A stretch of DNA of 64,000 nucleotides, taken from contig OZ024747.1 in the NCBI GenBank assembly GCA_964016885.1, positions 63,426,001 to 63,490,000 of the forward strand, given 5' to 3'. Position numbers and translations under genes: made by a program. The stretch is from Eledone cirrhosa. Taxonomy: Eukaryota. Numbering within the stretch: position 1 is the first letter of the stretch; the number at the start of each line of letters is the position of its first letter. Shown here in pieces: positions 56,264 through 64,000 of the stretch. Below the pieces are notes generated by a model. It saw nothing but the letters and a program-made list of their open reading frames with translations. It made no database searches and was not told the DNA's origin.

Positions 56264-56592
56264 GGAGCCACATGGCTTAGTGGTTAGAGCATTGGCCTTG
56301 CAATCGAAAGGTTGTGAGTTCAATTTCCAGACCGGGTGATGTGTTGTTTCCTTGAGCAAGACACTTTATTTCACATTGCTCCAGTTTACTCAGCTGTAGA
56401 AATGAGATGATAGGGACTGGGGTCCCTATCATTCCAGTGCAAAATGGTTGTGGACGTACCATGGCAAAAAAGCACCCAGCACTCACTGTAAATGAGGTTG
56501 GTGTTAGGAAGGGCATCCAGCTGTAGAAATCAAGCCAGAATCAGTCCTCGTCCCACCCCTGTAAGCAGGGAAAACTGGACGTAAAATGATGA
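56264..56592 (+). mobile_element. SINE family A, full length
   Basis: Same head, core and tail in plus orientation. Confidence 0.9.
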
Positions 56593-57470
56593 AAAAAAAA
56601 ATGTGTTTGTGTGTGTGTGTCTACATGCAATTCTATGTCTATGTGTTAGTCTCCCGTAATTTTGTGATTCAATCAAAAAAGAAAGAAAAGACAGATTTGA
56701 AAAAAAATAAGTACTGTGGTTGTGATATGAGTTGATAAATCAAAGTTGTACTCCAGCATGGCCACAGTCTAATGACAGAAACTGGCAAAAAAATATAAAA
56801 ATAAATCAAGAACAATGAGTATATAATTTCAAAGATACAAGAAGATTTCAGCATTTATTTCTGATTAACATCCAGGTAACTTAAGGGATATTGCCTAATA
56901 TTTCCAAAACAAAAGATAATCATAGACTAGAACTCACTAACCTTGAAGCTATTGCGACTTAGATCATGTGATGTTACTACTACTACTACTACTACTACTA
57001 CTGTTGTTGTTGTTATCATTATTATTCTTATTATTTGTTGCTGTTGTTCTTGCTCTTGTTGTTGTTCCCTAAAAGAACTGCCATATAGATAAAGGATGTT
57101 GAATAGATTAAAATTTCCATAGAGACTAATGGTTCCAAGTGATAAAACTTTGTGTGTTTTGGGGGATTTTTTGGTGCACACAGGTGTATGTGTGATAGTA
57201 TATATGTGCAATGCATGTGTCTCTGTGTAATGCTTGTCAGTGTGCAGATGTGTGTGCCTGCATTGTGTATGTATATGTATGTCTGCATGTGCATGTATGT
57301 GTGTAGATCTCTCTATATGTGCATGCCTGTGTGTGTGTGTGTGTATATATGTATATCTATTCTGTGTGTGTGTTAATATTTTTTCTGCAGCCAATTCTGC
57401 TAAATATTTCCTCAGTTATTTTGTTTGTTATTATATTCACTATGTGCATTGTGCATATATATATATATAT

Positions 57471-57680
57471 AGTAATACAAATTTGGTAGAAATATCCAAA
57501 GGTGAGGCACTCAGCCCATAGGATGAGTTTAGTATAAATAATTACAAGTGATATAAACAGATACTTAAGTATTGTTGGGTTCTGGACCCCAACTTATTCA
57601 CCTGTCACAAGAAAAATAAATTATTTTTCTTATGACAGGCTGACGAAACTTAAGTATCTGTTTATGTCACTGTTGTAATT
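57471..57680. mobile_element. Foldback short element in (TA)n
   Basis: Outer arms 57541-57569 and 57648-57680, inner hairpin 57601-57639, and a GACGAAAC half-core. Confidence 0.6.
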
Positions 57681-58139
57681 ATATATATATACTTAGTATC
57701 ACTGTAGTCACAAATTTGACTAGTGTAGATTATTTAGACATCAACTTATCTATATCATCATCACCGTTTAACATCCATTTTCCACACTAACATGGGTTAG
57801 ATGGGTTGTCCCGTTTCAGGCAAGTTGGGTCATGTGACTGTGTCTTGCTCATATAGAACTGTTTCTGGCTTGGTTTCTACAGATGGATGCCCTTCCTAAT
57901 ATCAACCATATTTACCATGTGTTCTGGGTGCTTTTTGTCATGACTCCTACATGAACACTTTACATTGTGTCCTACGTGCTTTTTACTGTGACTCCTACAT
58001 GACCACTTTACAGTGTGGGATGGGTGCTTTTTGCGATGTTGCCATCACGACCACTTTTGAATCTTTAGAATATAAATATATATATATATATATATCATCA
58101 TCATCATCATTTTACGTATATATATATATATATATATAT

Positions 58140-58528
58140 GTAGGCACATGGCTTAGTGGTTAGAGCATTGGCCTTGCAATCGAAAGGTTGTGAGTTCAAT
58201 TCTCAGACTGGGTGATGTGTGGTTTCCCTGAGCAAGACACTTTATTTCACATTGCTCCAGTTCACTCAGCTGTAGAAATGAGATTATAAGGACTGGGGTC
58301 CCTATCATTCCACTGCAAAGTAGTTGTGGAGGTGCCACGGCAAAGAAACACCCAGCCCACACTGTAAAGTGGACATGTAGGCGTGACGGAAAAAAAGCAT
58401 CCAGCACTCACTGTAAATGAGGTTAGTATTAGGAAGGGTATCCATCTGTAGAAATCAAGCCAGAATCAGTTCCTGTCCCACCCTTGCAAGCAGGGAAAAG
58501 CAGACGTAAAATGAAATGAAATGATGAT
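58140..58528 (+). mobile_element. SINE family A variant with a longer RTE-derived tail
   Basis: Same head and core. It retains an extra about 46-bp UTR unit that is also present in the 24.5-24.8 kb LINE UTR. Confidence 0.85.
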
Positions 58529-59134
58529 ACCAACCAACTCGATTAGTACCTGCTAGAACTTCGATTCATACCCAATATTATATATGTATATACATATATC
58601 ATCATCATCATCATCATGATATATATCACTCCTTGTTCCTCACACCTCAATGCAGTAAACATTTTCTCACCTTATGAACATGTTTCTTTTTTTCATAGAT
58701 TTAAATACTAAAAAAAAGTCAATGCATATTATATATATGATAGCAATTCTCTCAAGTTTAATAGTGAATGTGAACAGAAATTGTAACCTATATGATATTA
58801 TTTCCCTGTGACAAATGTATGTGCACGCTGTGAGTATAATTCATATCACTAACAATTACTATATTATAAATAAATATTATTTTGTGCACGTTATCAATTT
58901 CTTTTCTACACTGACTATAAAAATGATGTGACTCTGAATAAATTAGATGGAAGAGTGCAGTGGAGATAGATTTTCCAGGATGTCCTTAGCATAATTAAGG
59001 GTGCACATTATACACAAATAAATATAGTATTGTTTATCTTATATAAAAACTGATGTAATAGTATTACACCTTTATGCAACTACATGTGCTAATATTTGAT
59101 GAAGAAACATAGAGAGAGGAATTAATAATGTATA

Positions 59135-59218
<84 letters not shown>

Positions 59219-59222
<4 letters not shown>

Positions 59223-59448
59223 AACGAATAGGACCCCGACGGCTGAGCTCTTACGGTTTCGACAGCTAATTCTGGACTAAAAAAAAAAAAAAAAAGATTT
59301 TTTTTTTTTAGTCCAGAATTAGCCGTCGAAACGGCTTGAGCTCAGCCGTCGAGGGTCCTACTCGTTCCTATTACCCACTCTACTACCCTAAGTATTGAGT
59401 ACTTTGGTGCGTTATGGTCCACCTGGTTCCTTACCACATTTCCTTTGT
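59219..59448 (+). mobile_element. Foldback short element in (TA)n (family P2)
   Basis: Inverted arms 59219-59295 and 59298-59370 have a polyA/polyT centre and a GTCGAAAC motif. The tail is homologous in reverse complement to 9101-9232. Confidence 0.75.
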
Positions 59449-59482
<34 letters not shown>

Positions 59483-60003
59483 CGTGTTTGAATATATATA
59501 AAGGTATATGTATATATATATATTGGACATTCTTTGTAATACTCATCTGCCCCTTGTCCCAAATTGCTTTGCTATTGCCTCTCGCTTTGACGCATAGAGT
59601 TACGACCCTTGCCACTCTGAGTTCAAATCCCGCCGAGGTTAACTTTGCCTTTCATCCTTACGGGGTCGATAAAATAAAGTACCAGTAATGTACTGGGTAA
59701 TTTCTGGCCTTGTGCCAATACTAGAAACAATTATTCCTTAAATCTTACTCCCATGCACTCATATCACCGCATATGTGCCAATTCATCCACTATTAAAATG
59801 GTCATCACTTCACTCCATCCCCACCTTTGCCACTGGATGTACCCCCACCATCACTCATTCATTTTCTCCATCCTTTTCTTCTTTCTACATCTTCACTTCC
59901 CCTCTCCCACCTCTTCATATATATTTTTTCTTCCTAAAACAACCAATAAAATCAAAGAACTGACCATTCCAAAAGAATGACAACTGAACAGAGTATCAAT
60001 TGC

Positions 60004-60331
60004 ATTAATATATAAGGGAACAAAGAATCATTGTTGCATCATATACATATTTAATTACATATTACATATGTTTCACTGTCGATCAACTCAAGGCAAGATC
60101 TATTAATGATCGAACCTGATTCTGGAATCGGAAGCTCCTCAGATATGTTTTAACATGTAGAATCTCAGATACGAGTCTATATGTTAAAACATCTGAGGAG
60201 CTTCTGATTTCCAGAGTCAGGTTCGATCATTAATAGATTGATCCTCAAGCTGATCAACAGTGAAACATATGTAATATGTAATTCAATATGTATATGATGT
60301 AACACTGATTTTTTGCTCCCTTATATATTAA

Positions 60332-60332
<1 letters not shown>
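60004..60332. repeat. About 330-bp imperfect palindrome next to (TA)n
   Basis: Arms of about 160 bp centred near 60168, each carrying a hammerhead core. Confidence 0.9.
60057..60148 (-). ncRNA. Hammerhead ribozyme with enlarged stem II (left arm of palindrome)
   Basis: Minus strand: ACATAT-CTGAGGA-(about 61 nt)-GAAA-CATAT-GTA-ATATGT, giving a 6-bp stem I, palindromic stem III and a GUA site. A mirror copy lies at about 60188-60280 on the plus strand. Confidence 0.65.
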
Positions 60333-60373
<41 letters not shown>

Positions 60374-60841
60374 TTGTATACGTATAACTATATATGTATG
60401 TATATGTATATATATGTGTGTGTGTGTGTGTGTGCGTGCATTTCACATAATACATCATACACACAGCATTATTTACAGCATATTATAGAATATATAAAAA
60501 TCATACTAATGTATTTACTAAGAAACCTAGAAGATAATAGCATAATGGTAAGTAGAGTAGAAAATAATAATACATAGAATAACAAAATTTGTAAGTAAAA
60601 TATGTATATGACATTATATATGTAGCATTGATATATTTACATTTCTAAATGTTATCAGATAATGCAAAAACATGATAAAAATGCTGCACTTATATTGCAT
60701 GTATTAATGCATCTATCATAGATACTGACTGCTTAATAAATAGTATATCTAGAGAGATATATGCTGTCATGTATCCATCCATGCACATGTACATGTGTTC
60801 ACTGAGCATTCTTACTGATTTCTATGTAAGTATTTACCTGT

Positions 60842-61174
60842 ATCATCATCATCATCATCATCATGGTTGATTAACGTCTATCTTCCATGCTAGCATGGGT
60901 TAGATGGGTTTGTCCCAATTAGAGGCAAGTTGAGTTGAGTGACCGTGTCTCGCTCATACAGGAGAGTTTCTGGCTCGTTTTCTATGGCTGGATGCCCTTC
61001 CTAACCCCAACCATATTGACAGTGTGTGCTGGGTGCTTTTTGCCATGTCTTTTACACGTCCACTTTACAGTATAGGCTGGTTTTCTATGGCTGGATGCTC
61101 TTCCTAACGCCAACCACATTTACAGTGTGTGTTGGGTAGGTGACACCTACACAATCTCTTTACAGTGAGGGCTG

Positions 61175-61208
<34 letters not shown>

Positions 61209-61430
61209 ATCATCATCATCATCACTGTTTTACGTCCATTCTTCCATGCTAGAATGGGTTAGACGTGTTGTCCTATTGTGGGCAATGCTAGGTCAGGTGA
61301 CCATGCTTTGCTTATACAGAACTGATTTTGGCTTGGTTTCTACAGCTGGATTCCCTTCTTATTGCCAACCTCATTTACAGTGAGTACTGGGTGCTTTTAT
61401 CATGACATTTACATGACCCCTTTACAGTGC
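60842..61430 (-). mobile_element. Two tandem RTE 3'-tail fragments
   Basis: (CAT)n plus CCATGCTAG.ATGGGTTAGA...GCTGGATGCCCTTCCTAAC motif. Similar tails lie at about 26125-26235, 29348-29510, 34866-35045, 57755-58060 and 63470-63740. Confidence 0.75.
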
Positions 61431-61647
61431 AAAGTATATATATATGTGCACTCACTGAGCATTCCTACTGATTTCTATATATATATTTACCTGTTTATAT
61501 ATATATATATATATTTATTTAGGTTTGTTGGTTCATACTTGAGGACGGCTGACCGGGCTAGGAGCTGCTAAATGTTCGGCCGCCCTCCTGTCTCTGCTTT
61601 ACAGCAACCAAGGATTTTGTCTATTATATGCCTTTGTTAAATTTCGA

Positions 61648-61705
61648 ATACCTGATGATGTCACCGGATTCATACTGAATCCGGTCACTGAAATGATCAC
61701 AGTAT
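61648..61705 (+). ncRNA. Hammerhead-like motif with long stem II, cleavage triplet mutated
   Basis: ATAC-CTGATGA-TGTC-ACCGGATTCA(TAC)TGAATCCGGT-CACT-GAAA-TGATCA-CA-GTAT, inside the (TA)n-flanked insert 61516-61752. Confidence 0.6.
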
Positions 61706-61765
61706 AATAAACCTTTTAAGGAATTACACCAGTCCAGCCTCCTGTTATTTTATAATATATATATA

Positions 61766-61958
61766 TAATTGTTTCTACTTTTGGCACAAGGCCAGCAATT
61801 ATCCCAGTGCATTACTGGTACTTTATTTTATCGACCCCGTAAGGATGAAAGGCAAAGTTAACCTAGGTGGGATTTGAACTCAGAATGGCAAGGGCCGTAA
61901 CTCTATGCATCAAAGCATGGCGTCCAACCCTCTACCGATACTGCCAATTCACCGCCCT
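61766..61958 (-). mobile_element. SINE family B, full length
   Basis: Reverse complement of the family B consensus. Confidence 0.9.
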
Positions 61959-61972
61959 CATTATATATATAT

Positions 61973-62121
61973 AAATTGGAGGGAAAAGTTTAAAAGCACA
62001 ACGAAAGTTGACAAAGCATGAAAGTGGTGTTTGTAAAATGATTTTCTAAACAGCTGCATGTATGTAGATGCATGTATGTTCCAAATACTGCAAATGTCAA
62101 TGTGAATATATGTTACAATGT

Positions 62122-62157
<36 letters not shown>

Positions 62158-62432
62158 AACTGTTGCTTGCAGGGAAATCATATGTTAAATGGTGATGATA
62201 ATGATGTCTATAGAAAATATCTATCTTATACATGCGCACATAGGTAGCATAGGTTCACATATATCTAGCTCTCACTTATTTTGACATTGTAACATATATT
62301 CACATTGACATTTGCAGTATTTGGAACATACATGCATCTACATACATGCAGCTGTTTAGAAAATCATTTTACAAACACCACTTTCATGCTTTGTCAACTT
62401 TCGTTGTGCTTTTAAACTTTTCCCTCCAATTT
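61973..62432. repeat. 152-bp inverted duplication (61973-62124 and 62281-62432)
   Basis: The arms appear to be exact reverse complements by eye. The left copy is flanked on both sides by (TA)n. Confidence 0.95.
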
Positions 62433-63831
62433 CTATGCTTTTCTATAATCTTGATTTCTTCTGATATAACCTCTCTACTCAGTCCCTTCATAAACCAAAC
62501 CTTATGCTATATTGTTCACATAATTTCCAGATCTTGGAGTTCCCACATTTCCCATTAAGTTTCAAAGTATGTTTAGCTGAAGAAGAAAGGTTTCATGTTT
62601 AAAACCTGAAGAAATCTCAGTGAAATTGTACTCACATTTGTTTACTTATTGCGTAAAGTGGGAAAAGATACAATAGATAATGCTATGCAAAGGCATTAGT
62701 TTCAGATAACTGTTGCTTAAGGAAGATTTTCACAGTACAAGTTTAAAAGCTTTATTGATAGCATAATGTATTGATGTCCTGTTACTGTGTATCTCTGAAT
62801 ATATCTGCTTAGAAAGATTACTTGATCATTAAATTGTTGTGAATATTTTTTTCTAACATAGCTTCATTGTTTTCATCACAATTCAATATCATCATCATCA
62901 TCATCTGTCCACTTTGTAATCTGTCATGTGTTGGTTGAGTTGTCATGGTTCAAGACTAGACAGGCTGGAGAATCACATCATGATCATTCAATTTTGATGT
63001 TGTTTCAACAGCTGGCTGCTCATCCCAACACCAACCACTTTAGAGTGTGCTTTTCATGAATTCAACACTCCAACTTTACCTACTGTGTGTGTGTATGTAT
63101 CTATATATGTATACACACGCACACATAATACACACACATATATATGCATGCATACATGGTTCCGTAACTCCTGAAGGAGTCATAGTGGCACCATATAGAC
63201 AAATGTTACTAGGGCATTTTTAAATCTGGTGACACCCAATCCTCTCCAAAGAAAGATAGAGAGTGAGTGAATGGAAGTATATATATAATGATAATAAATG
63301 TGAAGACTAAAATCCAGTGAGGGCTCGATAAGGATTATATATATATAAAATATATATAAACCCATAGAGTTTCTTTGCTTAAACTTTAATCTGTTCTTAT
63401 AATCATCATCATCATTATTTTACGTCCGCTCCCACAGAGCATTTTTACGTCTGCTCCCACAGAGCATTTTTATCATTATCATCATCACCACTTAATGTCT
63501 ATTTTCCATGCTAGCACGAGTTAGAGTTGTCCCATTGTGAGACAAGTCAGATTGTGTGACCATGTCTTTTTCATACAAGACTAATTCTGGCTTGGTTTCT
63601 ATGGTGGGATGCCCTTCCTAATACCATATTTATAGCATGGACTCGGTGCTTTTTATGGTGGCACCAAGATGACCAACTGACAGGTTGTATAGGGTACATT
63701 TTCATTGTATCACCATCACAGTCACCTTACAAGATGGATATTTCACAGGAACACCACACTTTTGAATACTCATATTGTGCTACGATTACTTCCTAGTTTG
63801 TTATACTTAGAGAATTGTGGTTACTCCAAAA

Positions 63832-64000
63832 CAGGAGTCGCCAACCTTTCAGACCTCATGGACCACTAAATTCATGATTGTAAATCCTGCAGACAACTAA
63901 TATGATTTTTTTAAAAAAGATAAATATATTTGTAAAATAATGATCAGAGAACTTCCATTTTATTAAACAGTACTGAAGCGTATATGTGTCATATTGTCAA
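63832..64000 (+). mobile_element. Start of a hAT-like DNA transposon, running off the window
   Basis: CAGGAGTCGCCAACCTTT resembles the CAGGGGTCGCCAACCTTT TIR class. The other end is not visible. Confidence 0.45.

Overview
AT-rich, microsatellite-dense eukaryotic DNA that is probably intronic or intergenic. The repeat inventory resembles an octopus or other coleoid cephalopod genome, which is an inference from the SINE and LINE types. Almost all ORFs in the track are translations of simple repeats. Real coding remnants are retroelement fragments: two 5'-truncated RTE-clade LINEs whose RT carries an embedded PHD-like zinc finger, several restriction-like-endonuclease (R4/Dong-type) LINE pieces, an RTE/RTEX C-terminus and a Penelope-like ORF N-terminus. 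One candidate 93-nt host exon lies at 19788-19880. Also present are many copies of two tRNA-derived SINE families, a non-autonomous Helitron cleanly splitting a LINE codon, and hAT, Tc1/mariner and piggyBac-type MITEs. The most striking unannotated pattern is more than a dozen short, diverse inserts inside or next to (TA)n tracts. Many carry hammerhead-ribozyme cores (CUGANGA...GAAA), some with a greatly enlarged stem II, and many are folded back into palindromes whose breakpoints fall in or next to the ribozyme. This is most consistent with termini of several Penelope-like retroelement families. Near-perfect local inverted duplications of unique DNA also occur. All alignments and folds were done by eye, so coordinates may be off by a few bases.
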